A DNA stretch of 48,769 nt from a virus (taxonomy: Duplodnaviria > Heunggongvirae > Uroviricota > Caudoviricetes), in IMG/VR virus record IMGVR_UViG_2880412407_000007, one strand, 5' to 3'. Under the pieces are notes generated by a model, which was not told where the DNA came from, did no database searches, and saw nothing but the letters and a program-made list of their open reading frames with translations. A program made the translations under genes and the position numbers. Every line of letters begins with the position of its first letter. The first letter of the stretch is position 1. This document shows, one piece after another, positions 36,633 through 45,895 of this stretch.

Positions 36633-37457
36633 TCAGAATGTCAATTTGTTACTGGATTTACCGAATTTGTCAGACATGGCTCCCAGGCCAGCCAGGACAT
36701 CGACCTGTCGCTGTCGCCCACCTCCGTGAGCGGCTGGCTGTTGCCAGTAATCTTCGAAGTGACGATCGGGTCCAAAGAACGTCGCAGCCTGCTTCACGAA
36801 CTGTGTGCCGGTATTTCCTGTAGCACGTACCCAGGCGGCATACCGCTTCACGCCATCAAGCATGGTCTCCGGTTTTATTCCCTCCCTGATACGGGCTTTC
36901 CAGGCTTTGAAGGCTGCTGACTTGGAATTGCCACCAGCACGTTTGGGATATTCCTGCCAGGCCTGTTCAAATTCCGGTGAATATTCCTGTCTGGCAGAAC
37001 GCGCTGGTGCAGACGCGTCAGCGGATGCGCCAATAGTTGATTCATTGACTGGTTCTTTGACTGGTTCAAAAGAGTGACTGGTTCTGGGTGAATCTCCTGC
37101 ACTACCCCCTGGTGCAACTCCTGCACCACCTGGTGAATTTGCTGCACTAGGTAGTGAATTATTTGCACTACCACCTGGTGAATCTTTTGCACCATCAAGA
37201 CGAAGAAGATAAATATTGCTCGAGTTCCCTTTTTCACCTTTCCGGGAAACTTTTTTTACCAGTCCAGATTCACAAAGAGCCGTAATATGATTCATCACAG
37301 AACGTTTGCTAATCTCGCACTGATCAGCAATATGCTGATAGCTGGGCCAGCACTCGCCCTGATCGCTGGCATTATCAGCCAGCTTAATCAGAACCAGTTT
37401 TCGCAACGGATTTCCCACACGAATTTTCATCGCTTTCACCATCAGCTCCATGCTCAT
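36633..37457 (-). CDS. replication initiator protein (lambda O-like role; N-terminal winged-HTH, Gly/Ala/Ser/Pro linker)
   Basis: N-terminal HTH (SYQHIADQCEISKRSVMNHITALCESGLVKK); directly upstream of the DnaC-like and DnaB-like genes; repeat-encoded linker. Confidence 0.7.
   Translation of the reverse strand: MSMELMVKAMKIRVGNPLRKLVLIKLADNASDQGECWPSYQHIADQCEISKRSVMNHITALCESGLVKKVSRKGEKGNSSNIYLLRLDGAKDSPGGSANNSLPSAANSPGGAGVAPGGSAGDSPRTSHSFEPVKEPVNESTIGASADASAPARSARQEYSPEFEQAWQEYPKRAGGNSKSAAFKAWKARIREGIKPETMLDGVKRYAAWVRATGNTGTQFVKQAATFFGPDRHFEDYWQQPAAHGGGRQRQVDVLAGLGAMSDKFGKSSNKLTF
37040..37200. repeat. direct-repeat (iteron-like) array inside the initiator gene; candidate origin of replication
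   Basis: TGACTGGTTC three times (37046-37085) and CACC(A/C)CCTGGTG(A/C)A-type repeats three to four times (37100-37195). Confidence 0.45.
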
Positions 37458-37678
37458 AACACACCTCCCAGGCGTTTAAACATTTTTCCAGACAGAAATA
37501 CCGCCAGAGGGTAACTGATGGTGTAGCTACGCCCCTGTAGTTCGCACACGACTTTCTGGCTTTCAGCGTTGACTAGGCAAACCCGCAGAACGTGACCGTT
37601 GCTGGTGGCGAACCACTGCCCCACACGGGGGCAACGGTTGTATCGGTGATACAGGGAATTAACGATGTGGCGGATCAT
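37454..37678 (-). CDS. hypothetical protein (74 aa)
   Basis: ORF only; 4-nt overlap with the flanking genes. Confidence 0.3.
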   Translation of the reverse strand: MIRHIVNSLYHRYNRCPRVGQWFATSNGHVLRVCLVNAESQKVVCELQGRSYTISYPLAVFLSGKMFKRLGGVL

Positions 37679-37869
37679 GGACGCACCTCCGCCGTAGTTA
37701 CGTATTTAACCGGGCTACCTTTCATTGAGATGGTTTCACACATCTCTGCCGCTTTCAGTTCCGCTGTTTTTCTGGATTTATAGCGACGGTGCCAGACAGA
37801 TACATCCGTGCGAACTGATACATCGTTTCTGTATTCCGTAGTGGAGATGATGATTACGTAACTAATCAT
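37675..37869 (-). CDS. hypothetical protein (64 aa)
   Basis: ORF only. Confidence 0.3.
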   Translation of the reverse strand: MISYVIIISTTEYRNDVSVRTDVSVWHRRYKSRKTAELKAAEMCETISMKGSPVKYVTTAEVRP

Positions 37870-38429
37870 GGGCGAACCTCCTTGTCAGAACCATTCAGCC
37901 TGGAATCAACAAGTGCAGCGCCAAAAACAGCATCACCAACACGGTCGTACAGTTTGCTAGCCAGCGGAGATTCAACGGCCTTAAGCATTGGATAAAGCTG
38001 GCTTGTCCAGATTTGATGGATTTCACGCAAATGCAGGTATACGCCTCTGGCATTTCGTGCGACAGCTGACATATCAGACGCATCGGCACCTGATAAACTC
38101 TTCTCCATCAGGTTAAAGGCGTTGATGTATGCCTCTTTGAACCGGGCAGCACGTTTACCCGTGAAACCCATAGCAAGAAATGCAAAACCGTCTCGTGTGA
38201 TTTGATAGCAAGGGAGCTTGCGTGTACCACCGTTCGGTTGATTTACCGAAATCGATGTCTCCGCAAAATTGCGGGCACAAAACTCAGGGGAACAATCCAG
38301 AGTGCGGATCTTTTTCAGCACATCGTCGTGACGCTTGGAGAAGAAGTTGGCAACAGCCAAAGAAGTGGTAACGGCCTGGCCGTTGTCAATGGTGATTTCA
38401 GGTTGAGTGAGGGCTGGGATCGTAGCCAT
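37866..38429 (-). CDS. rha: Rha-family phage regulatory protein
   Basis: Internal ATG at 38429 with GGAGG RBS; N-terminus ITIDNGQAVTTSLAVANFFSKRHDDVLKKIRTLD is the Rha domain signature as recalled. The tracked ORF continues 200 codons upstream without a stop. Confidence 0.6.
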   Translation of the reverse strand: MATIPALTQPEITIDNGQAVTTSLAVANFFSKRHDDVLKKIRTLDCSPEFCARNFAETSISVNQPNGGTRKLPCYQITRDGFAFLAMGFTGKRAARFKEAYINAFNLMEKSLSGADASDMSAVARNARGVYLHLREIHQIWTSQLYPMLKAVESPLASKLYDRVGDAVFGAALVDSRLNGSDKEVRP

Positions 38430-39032
38430 GATGGCAGCCTCCGTTGACAGTGAAAAACTTCCACCACCGGAAACGCCAATTTCACTGGTGGTGAACTGGA
38501 CGGGGTTGGCGTAACCGGCGTCAACGGAGACCGGCGCACCTTTCGGTGCCCCCGCCCAGCCCACCATAATCTGGATGTGAGCAAATGCGGACGATAAAAA
38601 AGACGCTGGCGCGTCATACATCGCCGTTGACAATTTCAGGACGCCAATCCCGGCACCCGCTTTATAAGGTGCAGAGACAGTGTAACGTCCCGGAATTGCA
38701 GAATCAATATGCTGGTGGCGCTTCGCACTCAACAAAATCACGACGAAACAACCATAGTGGGCTGAAGCACTCATCCGGATAACCATCACGCAGGTAAATG
38801 ACCCGCTGTGTTTCAGGCTCCCAGCGTATAACGTGGACGCGACGCCCTCTTCCATCACGGAACCAGCGGTTAAGTTCCTGCACAACTCGCCCCCCACAGT
38901 CAGGTAAAGTTCTCTGTGGTTACTTACAGCCAGGTGATTTGGTAATCTGCATTCATGCCGTAACAACAGGTGTTCAGCGACACTGACCACCAGCTGTTGC
39001 GACAAACGGTTATTTGCCGTTAAACTGTTCAT
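38430..39032 (-). CDS. hypothetical protein / upstream extension of the rha reading frame (unresolved)
   Basis: 200 codons in frame with rha, starting at ATG 39032, 4 nt from the upstream gene's stop. No recognisable domain. Confidence 0.25.
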
Positions 39033-39613
39033 GCGTTAGTTTCTCCACAACCAGAAGCAATCGACGCCACGACGCCCGGAGCTGCACACTTGCGGGCGTT
39101 ACTCTTTTCCGGCGCACAAAAAACACGAAATAACAGTGTTAAATGCTCCTGCCACTTCGCCATTACTTGGTAGCTGTTCTCTTCGATTTGCTCACGCTCA
39201 GCCTGGTCAATAACTCCATCAGCAGTTGCCTTGCGTAAGTACTGGGAATGCTTGCCAATCCATTCTATTGACTCCATCAGCCGCTGATTAATGTCACCAT
39301 TGTCAATGTCATCAATGACCACCAGCGGCACAAACACCCCATTACTACGACGGGCTATTGCATCTGTTACATGCCTGGTACCACTGGCATCCTGTAAAAC
39401 CATGGCCCACTCAAGTGGAAAAATTTGATCCCCACCGCTACGCAGTCTGTTATGCAATTGATCTTTTGCTGGGGTGATATCATCAGATTTATACAAACCA
39501 AGAATTTCTGCTGCTTCCTCATAGCCATGAGGTAAATCAGCAATCGTTCTTCGTATTGCTGCCACCAGCCATGCTGGTTGTTTATCAACTTTCCATTCAG
39601 GTTCTTTACCCAC
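39029..39613 (-). CDS. YdaT-like protein in the cII position
   Basis: 194 aa, immediately downstream of the cro-like gene; family call from memory only. Confidence 0.45.
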   Translation of the reverse strand: MGKEPEWKVDKQPAWLVAAIRRTIADLPHGYEEAAEILGLYKSDDITPAKDQLHNRLRSGGDQIFPLEWAMVLQDASGTRHVTDAIARRSNGVFVPLVVIDDIDNGDINQRLMESIEWIGKHSQYLRKATADGVIDQAEREQIEENSYQVMAKWQEHLTLLFRVFCAPEKSNARKCAAPGVVASIASGCGETNA

Positions 39614-39640
39614 GGTTAATTCCTCATTTCTGTGGTGTTT

Positions 39641-39838
39641 TTATGCCGCAGCACTGTTAGTCTTTTGATATAAAGACACGTCAACTTTCAGTTTCCCGTT
39701 AGTAATTTTTTCTAACTGGTACGCTCGGCCTTCAGGAATAATCTCAGGCCACTCTGAAACAGACGGATGCTTAATACCTAGGGCTTCGGCGGTTTTACAA
39801 ACTCCGCCGAAATAATTAATCACGTCGGATTTCCGCAT
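39641..39838 (-). CDS. cro: Cro-like repressor (YdaS/Cro family HTH)
   Basis: 65 aa; HTH (VINYFGGVCKTAEALGIKHPSVSEW); divergent from cI across a 95-bp operator region. Confidence 0.75.
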   Translation of the reverse strand: MRKSDVINYFGGVCKTAEALGIKHPSVSEWPEIIPEGRAYQLEKITNGKLKVDVSLYQKTNSAAA

Positions 39839-39933
39839 TTCTGTCTCCCGTTAAATTACGTTAAGCAGAAATGTAGGACATCCAACATGACAATGTCAAG
39901 AATCCTACATGGGCATGTGGTAGGATTGCCTAC
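39839..39933. promoter_or_regulatory. OR region: cI-cro intergenic operators with divergent pR/pRM
   Basis: Operator-like sites ATGTAGGACATCCAACAT (about 39869-39886) and CCTACATGGGCATGTGGTAGG (about 39904-39924); the same 18-bp motif recurs downstream of cI. Confidence 0.6.
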
Positions 39934-40587
39934 ATGATGAACATGAGTGATCGTATTCGCCAAAGGCGAAAAGAACTGAACCTGACACAACAAGCACTGG
40001 CTGATTTGACTGGTGTGAACCGTGTCACGGTTACTGGATGGGAAAAGGACGACTACCAACCAAATGGAGCCAACCTTCAAGCCCTAGCCAACGCACTTAA
40101 ATGCGATCCTCTGTGGCTTGTTAGCGGAAAAGGCTCGCCTGAACCAAAGATAAATCTAAAACCTGAAATATTCGCAGTTAAAAAAGTCCCCCTAATCTCG
40201 TGGGTTCAGGCGGGTTCATGGACAATGACGGAGCCTGGTGTCAGGAAAGAAGATGCTGAAGAGTGGGTTTATACTACCGCCCTTGTATCAGAAATGGCAT
40301 TTGCACTACGGGTCCGTGGTGATTCAATGACCAATCCCCTCGGCTCACCATCGATACCAGAAGGTTCTATCGTTATCGTAGAGCCAGATATTATTGATAC
40401 AGAGTGTATTAACGGAAAAATCGTTGTTGCCCATATCAATGGTGGGCAAGAAGCGACACTCAAAAAATTTGTTGAGGACTGGCCGAACAGGTATCTCGTC
40501 CCACTAAATCCTAACTATAAAACTATTGAATGCGGTGAGAACTGCAGAATAGTTGGTCTTGTCAAACAAGTAATAATGGATTTTTGA
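39934..40587 (+). CDS. cI: CI-type phage repressor (N-terminal HTH + C-terminal S24 LexA-like autopeptidase)
   Basis: 217 aa; HTH LTQQALADLTGVNRVTVTGWE; C-terminal S24 motifs (GDSM catalytic Ser, downstream Lys). Confidence 0.85.
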   Translation: MMNMSDRIRQRRKELNLTQQALADLTGVNRVTVTGWEKDDYQPNGANLQALANALKCDPLWLVSGKGSPEPKINLKPEIFAVKKVPLISWVQAGSWTMTEPGVRKEDAEEWVYTTALVSEMAFALRVRGDSMTNPLGSPSIPEGSIVIVEPDIIDTECINGKIVVAHINGGQEATLKKFVEDWPNRYLVPLNPNYKTIECGENCRIVGLVKQVIMDF

Positions 40588-40606
40588 CACATCTTCCTCA
40601 CTATCG

Positions 40607-40633
40607 CAAAACCGGGGTATCCCCGGTTTTTTT
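40607..40633 (+). terminator. rho-independent terminator after cI
   Basis: AAAACCGGGG-TAT-CCCCGG + T7, 20 nt after the cI stop. Confidence 0.7.
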
Positions 40634-40649
40634 ATGAGCCTATCTTTTT

Positions 40650-40705
40650 ATGTAGGATAACCAACATAAACTCTTGACACTCACATGTTGGATATCCTAC
40701 ATTTG
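40650..40705. promoter_or_regulatory. OL region: two operators flanking a candidate pL promoter
   Basis: ATGTAGGATAACCAACAT (40650-40667) and ATGTTGGATATCCTACAT (40685-40702) bracket TTGACA (40674-40679); the second operator overlaps the -10 region. Confidence 0.55.
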
Positions 40706-41044
40706 TTTTTAGAGTTGTGGTGAATGCGCAGGCTGATGCGCGAAAGACATTGCAGCTATTGCGGAAAAGAGCTGTTCGGCGGGGCAATTAAACGCCCGTG
40801 AGAGTCTGAAATAACCGCAAGCCGGAGATCAGCACCGGTCACCACAACAGCCACTGCTTTGGCGGTACCAGTTTGTACACTTGCTTCCGGCTGGTACCGT
40901 CATTTTTACAAAACAGAGAAGAGCATCACCGGACGACGGGCTCATAACTCAATCCATCCGGGCGGCTGTCACCGCAGGTGTTCTTCTCTGTTTTGTGGAG
41001 AAACCAACCGACCTTGCAGGGTCGATATGATGAGGAGCAGCAAA

Positions 41045-41407
41045 ATGGCTAGCGAACGCAGTACTGATGTGCAGGCATTTATCGGGGAGCTGGACGGCGG
41101 CGTATTTGAAACCAAAATCGGCGCTGTTCTCAGTGAAGTCGCTTCCGGTGTGATGAACACGAAAACCAAAGGTAAGGTCTCGCTCAACCTGGAAATCGAA
41201 CCGTTTGATGAGAACCGTGTGAAAATCAAACACAAACTCTCATATGTTCGCCCGACTAACCGCGGGAAAATTTCCGAAGAAGACACCACCGAAACGCCGA
41301 TGTATGTCAATCGCGGTGGTCGCCTGACTATTCTGCAGGAAGACCAGGGACAATTACTGACTCTTGCCGGTGAACCTGACGGAAAACTCCGCGCAGCAGG
41401 TCATTAA
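41045..41407 (+). CDS. hypothetical early-left protein (YfdP-like)
   Basis: Start at MASERSTDV after a GAGGAG RBS; the tracked ORF extends 60 codons upstream without an RBS. Confidence 0.45.
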   Translation: MASERSTDVQAFIGELDGGVFETKIGAVLSEVASGVMNTKTKGKVSLNLEIEPFDENRVKIKHKLSYVRPTNRGKISEEDTTETPMYVNRGGRLTILQEDQGQLLTLAGEPDGKLRAAGH

Positions 41408-41472
41408 TATCGTTCTTAATTAACTGATTATTTATCTCATCACTGAATATCTTTATATAGTGAGGACTTATT

Positions 41473-42297
41473 ATGTCTCAGAACTTAGACGCAACCGCAA
41501 TTAATCAAATCCATGCCCTTATTTCTGCTCAGGGTGTTAATGAAATTATCAGTAAGATTGGTGCCGATGCTGTGGCATTGCCTGAGAATTTCCGCATTCA
41601 TGATCTGGAAAAATTTAATTTAAATCGCTTCCGTTTCCGTGGTGCGCTTTCCACTGCCAGCATCGATGACTTTACCCGTTATTCTAAAGATCTTGCAGAT
41701 GAAGGCACCCGCTGCTTTATCGATGCTGATAATATGCGTGCCGTCAGTGTGCTTAACCTGGGTACTATTGATGAACCAGGTCACGCAGATAACACCGCCA
41801 CTCTCAAACTGAAAAAGACAGCACCGTTCTCTGCTCTGTTGTCTGTTAATGGCGAGCGTAACTCCCAGAAATCACTGGCAGAATGGATTGAAGACTGGGC
41901 CGACTACCTTGTGGGCTTTGATGCTAATGGTGACACCATTCAGGCAACAAAAGCGGCTGCGGCGGTCCGTAAAATCACGATTGAAGCAAACCAGACCGCT
42001 GATTTTGAAGATAATGACTTCAGCGGCAAACGCTCCCTGATGGAGTCTGTCGAAGCGAAGACCAAAGACATTATGCCAGTGGCATTTGAATTTAAATGCA
42101 TTCCGTTTGAAGGTCTGAAAGAACGTCCGTTTAAATTACGCCTCAGCATTATCACTGGCGATCGTCCGGTACTGGTTCTGCGCATTATTCAGCTGGAGGC
42201 GGTGCAGGAAGAAATGGCTAACGAATTTCGTGATCTGCTTGTTGAGAAATTCAAGGACAGCAAAGTAGAAACCTTTATTGGTACTTTCACCGCCTGA
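41473..42297 (+). CDS. hypothetical protein (YfdQ-like), 274 aa
   Basis: RBS-preceded ORF; family call from memory only. Confidence 0.5.
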   Translation: MSQNLDATAINQIHALISAQGVNEIISKIGADAVALPENFRIHDLEKFNLNRFRFRGALSTASIDDFTRYSKDLADEGTRCFIDADNMRAVSVLNLGTIDEPGHADNTATLKLKKTAPFSALLSVNGERNSQKSLAEWIEDWADYLVGFDANGDTIQATKAAAAVRKITIEANQTADFEDNDFSGKRSLMESVEAKTKDIMPVAFEFKCIPFEGLKERPFKLRLSIITGDRPVLVLRIIQLEAVQEEMANEFRDLLVEKFKDSKVETFIGTFTA

Positions 42298-42635
42298 TTT
42301 CATTACTGCAAATGCCCCTGAGGGGGCATTTATGGAAACGTAATTTACTCAATAATCGCCGGATGGTGAGGGATTCTTTTTACCAGAATTCAGCGCGGTG
42401 CAGCGCATATACGTGGAGAACAAAATGTCATTTATTAAAACTTTTTCCGGGAAGCATTTTTATTATGACAGGATAAATAAAGACGACATCGATATTAACG
42501 ATATCGCGGTTTCCCTTTCAAATATCTGTCGCTTTGCCGGTCATCTTTCGCACTTCTACAGCGTCGCCCAACATGCGGTTCTGAACCGCCCCGGAAATCC
42601 TGGAGACTAAACTCCCTGAGAAAGAGGTAAACAGG

Positions 42636-42962
42636 ATGACTAAAAATACTCGTTTTTCCCCCGAAGTCCGTCAGCGGGCGATTCGTATGGTTCTGGAAAG
42701 TCAGGATGAATATGACTCACAGTGGGCGGCAATTTGTTCCATTGCCCCAAAGATTGGCTGTACGCCGGAGACTCTGCGTGTCTGGGTTCGCCAGCATGAG
42801 CGGGATACCGGGGGCGGTGATGGTGGGCTCACCAGCGCTGAACGTCAGCGTCTGAAAGAGCTGGAACGTGAAAATCGTGAACTGCGCCGCAGTAACGATA
42901 TCCTTCGCCAGGCTTCCGCTTATTTTGCGAAGGCGGAGTTCGACCGCCTCTGGAAAAAATGA
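42636..42962 (+). CDS. IS629 transposase OrfA
   Basis: 108 aa, [23 protein letters not shown]... Confidence 0.85.
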   Translation: MTKNTRFSPEVRQRAIRMVLESQDEYDSQWAAICSIAPKIGCTPETLRVWVRQHERDTGGGDGGLTSAERQRLKELERENRELRRSNDILRQASAYFAKAEFDRLWKK

Positions 42963-43849
42963 TGCCACTGCTGGATAAGCTGCGTGAGCAGTACGGGGTC
43001 GGACCGGTATGCAGCGAACTGCATATTGCCCCGTCAACGTATTACCATTGTCAGCAACAGCGACATCATCCGGATAAACGCAGTGCCCGTGCGCAGCACG
43101 ATGACTGGCTGAAGAGAGAGATACAGCGCGTATACGATGAAAATCACCAGGTATACGGTGTGCGTAAAGTCTGGCGTCAGTTGTTACGGGAAGGTATCAG
43201 AGTGGCCAGATGCACTGTGGCACGTCTCATGGCAGTTATGGGACTTACCGGTGTTCTCCGGGGTAAAAAGGTCCGCACTACCGTCAGCCGGAAAGCCGTT
43301 GCCGCAGGCGACCGCGTAAACCGTCAGTTCGTGGCAGAACGTCCAGACCAGTTGTGGGTGGCTGATTTTACCTGGGTAAGCACATGGCAGGGCTTCGTTT
43401 ATGTGGCGTTCATCATTGATGTGTTCGCCGGATACATCGTGGGATGGCGGGTCTCATCATCCATGGAAACGGCATTCGTGCTGGATGCACTGGAGCAGGC
43501 GTTGTGGGCCCGTCGGCCGTCCGGCACAATCCACCACAGTGATAAAGGTTCTCAGTATGTATCGCTGGCCTACACGCAGCGGCTTAAGGAAGCCGGCTTA
43601 CTGGCATCAACAGGGAGTACTGGTGACTCGTATGACAACGCGATGGCGGAGAGCATCAATGGCCTTTACAAAGCGGAGGTAATACACCGTAAGCGCTGGA
43701 AAAACCGTGCAGAAGTGGAACTGGCCACACTAACGTGGGTGGACTGGTATAACAATCGACGATTGCTGGGAAGGCTGGGCCATACTCCTCCGGCAGAAGC
43801 AGAAAAAGCTTATTATGCTTCCATCGGAAACAATGATCTGGCAGCCTGA
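42959..43849 (+). CDS. IS629 transposase OrfB
   Basis: 296 aa, DDE motifs ([29 protein letters not shown]). Confidence 0.85.
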   Translation: MMPLLDKLREQYGVGPVCSELHIAPSTYYHCQQQRHHPDKRSARAQHDDWLKREIQRVYDENHQVYGVRKVWRQLLREGIRVARCTVARLMAVMGLTGVLRGKKVRTTVSRKAVAAGDRVNRQFVAERPDQLWVADFTWVSTWQGFVYVAFIIDVFAGYIVGWRVSSSMETAFVLDALEQALWARRPSGTIHHSDKGSQYVSLAYTQRLKEAGLLASTGSTGDSYDNAMAESINGLYKAEVIHRKRWKNRAEVELATLTWVDWYNNRRLLGRLGHTPPAEAEKAYYASIGNNDLAA

Positions 43850-44265
43850 GTTCACAGATAAAACACTCTCCAGGAAACCCGGGGCGGTTCAGTTCTTTGC
43901 AGCCAGCTGGTACCGCAGGAATTTGCTTTTGAAGCATTAATGCATGATGCAACAGAAGCGTATTGCCAGGACATCCCCGCTCCACTGAAACGCCTTCTTC
44001 CTGACTATAAACGGATGGAAGAAAAAATTGACGCCGTAATCCGTGAGAAATACGGGTTACCCCCAGTTATGAGTACGCCCGTGAAATATGCCGATCTTAT
44101 CATGCTGGCAACCGAACGCCGCGATCTCGGGCTTGATGATGGCTCTTTCTGGCCTGTACTGGAAGGCATCCCGGCAACAGAGATGTTCAACGTGATTCCA
44201 CTGGCACCTAGCCATGCCTACGGGATGTTTATGGAACGTTTTAACGAGTTATCGGAGTTACACAA

Positions 44266-44616
44266 ATGCGCATGAATGTTTTCGAAATGGAAGGGTTTCT
44301 TCGCGGGAAATGTGTACCGCGAGATCTGAAAGTGAATGAAACAAATGCTGAGTATCTGGTGCGTAAATTCGATGAAGTACGTGCTGAGGCTCGCAACGAG
44401 GGTATTAACTATACCGCAAGCCGTCTTGCTGCTGCTTTCAATCACGGATTTATCAATAAGCCTTTGGCTGAAGTTTTCGACGTTACACGCATGATTCTGT
44501 CAGCAAAAGAAGAGTTAGCTAATGAATCGCATCCGATTGATGGCCTGTCCGGTGAATATGCAGAGAAATCCCTTGAAGAATGGGCGGAACGGCTTCGCAA
44601 AGGAGGCAGCCAGTGA
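44266..44616 (+). CDS. hypothetical protein (116 aa, YfdS-like)
   Basis: ORF translationally coupled to neighbours. Confidence 0.4.
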   Translation: MRMNVFEMEGFLRGKCVPRDLKVNETNAEYLVRKFDEVRAEARNEGINYTASRLAAAFNHGFINKPLAEVFDVTRMILSAKEELANESHPIDGLSGEYAEKSLEEWAERLRKGGSQ

Positions 44617-45086
44617 CTGGACATGCAGCAATCCTCGACATGTGCTGTGGCAGTCGCATGTTCTGGTTCGATAAGAATGACGACCGGGCGATATTTAGCG
44701 ATATCAGAAAGGAAGAGCACACATTGTGTGATGGACGACGCCTGATTATCAGTCCTGATCTGATAGCTGATTTTCGTGCACTACCATTTGCAGACGCATC
44801 TTTTTCGATGGTTATATTCGACCCTCCGCATCTTGAGCGTGTTGGTGATAACGCCTGGATGGGAAAGAAATATGGACGGCTGAATAAAGATACCTGGCGT
44901 GATGATTTGCGGCAGGGATTTAAAGAAGCCTTTCGTGTGTTGCGTCCATCCGGCGTTCTGATTTTTAAATGGAATGAAACGCAAATACCTGTTCGCCAGA
45001 TATTGGTACTGACCGACAGAAAACCTGTTATCGGTCAACGAACAGGAAAAAACGATAAAACCCACTGGATTATTTTTATGAAATAG
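44613..45086 (+). CDS. DNA N6-adenine methyltransferase (small phage-type)
   Basis: GTG start after AGGAGG RBS; SAM-binding LDMCCGSR and catalytic motif IV VIFDPPH (DPPY/H class). Confidence 0.65.
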   Translation: MTGHAAILDMCCGSRMFWFDKNDDRAIFSDIRKEEHTLCDGRRLIISPDLIADFRALPFADASFSMVIFDPPHLERVGDNAWMGKKYGRLNKDTWRDDLRQGFKEAFRVLRPSGVLIFKWNETQIPVRQILVLTDRKPVIGQRTGKNDKTHWIIFMK

Positions 45087-45232
45087 GCATCCAGTGAGTA
45101 GGTTCGTAAGGTTACAGATACGTATATCTGAATAATTAAATTCAGTTCTGTAAATAAAATTTAATCCTTAACCGGAGGGATTCCTGCACCCTCAGAACAT
45201 CAGGAGACCGCCCGAAAGGGCGGTAATGAAAA

Positions 45233-45700
45233 ATGGCTGAATTAACCAAATGGCTACAAAACACGATTACCGGAATTGAAACGGTAGTAGACGATAAATC
45301 GTTTGTATGTGATGAAATAGTATTCAAAATCGATGTGGTTAAAAACGTACTTACCGCATTTAAAGTCGCGCTGGTATCGCTGGAAGCCGAACCGGTGACA
45401 TGGCGATATCGCTACGTGAGAAAAGGCGTTACGAACTTTCAGGAGAAGCCGTGGGTTGGTGACTGGAAATATGTACCGACAAAAGAGGATTGCAACGACA
45501 GGCCGAACTATGAAATTCAGGCGTTATTCACGGCCCAGCCTGTGCCACTGACACCCGAAGGATTGATTAAAGCGGTGCGCTTCTATGAACAGGTTAAGAG
45601 TGAAAATCCGCCAGTCGAAACCGGAGCATGGAAAGACGCTGTTGACTGGGTGCTCAAAGAGGCTTGTCAGGCTGTAAACATTGGCATCAAAGGAGAGTGA
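45233..45700 (+). CDS. hypothetical protein (155 aa)
   Basis: N-terminus (ELTKWLQNTITGIE) is paralogous to the N-terminus of the 45896 gene. Confidence 0.45.
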   Translation: MAELTKWLQNTITGIETVVDDKSFVCDEIVFKIDVVKNVLTAFKVALVSLEAEPVTWRYRYVRKGVTNFQEKPWVGDWKYVPTKEDCNDRPNYEIQALFTAQPVPLTPEGLIKAVRFYEQVKSENPPVETGAWKDAVDWVLKEACQAVNIGIKGE

Positions 45701-45701
45701 G

Positions 45702-45893
45702 ATGAACGGACAAATATCAATTGTTCGACCGGGAGCATGTGACGATCGCGAGATACGAATGATTATTCGTCTGGCGATGGGGAAAACAATAACAGCTCTC
45801 ATTACTCCTGAAAATCTCGCATTAGCATTAACAGGAAAGTCAGACTTGCCAGTAGAGCTAAAGCTGCGAAATGTTGAGATTAAGGTGAAATAG
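45702..45893 (+). CDS. hypothetical small protein (~63 aa)
   Basis: Internal start MNGQISIVRPG; tracked ORF 45681..45893. Confidence 0.3.
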   Translation: MNGQISIVRPGACDDREIRMIIRLAMGKTITALITPENLALALTGKSDLPVELKLRNVEIKVK

Positions 45894-45895
45894 TT

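Larger units (their letters stand above)
42592..43891 (+). mobile_element. IS629 (IS3 family), ~1.3 kb
   Basis: Termini TGAACCGCCCCGG... (42592) and ...CCGGGGCGGTTCA (43891); flanking GTTC on both sides; OrfA/OrfB match IS629 as recalled. Confidence 0.85.
42425..44275 (+). pseudogene. YfdR-like HD-domain hydrolase gene interrupted by IS629
   Basis: N-terminal part MSFIKTFSGKHFYY...HFYSVAQHAV (ORF 42398..42610) reads into the IS; C-terminal part ...FEALMHDATEAYCQDIPAPLKRL... resumes after it (ORF 43940..44275). Removing the IS and one GTTC copy restores the frame. Confidence 0.65.

Noticed and set aside
36875-37237. Minus-strand 120-aa ORF with repetitive HQ/VVQ peptide
   Set aside because: It is an alternate-frame reading of the iteron repeats inside the initiator gene.
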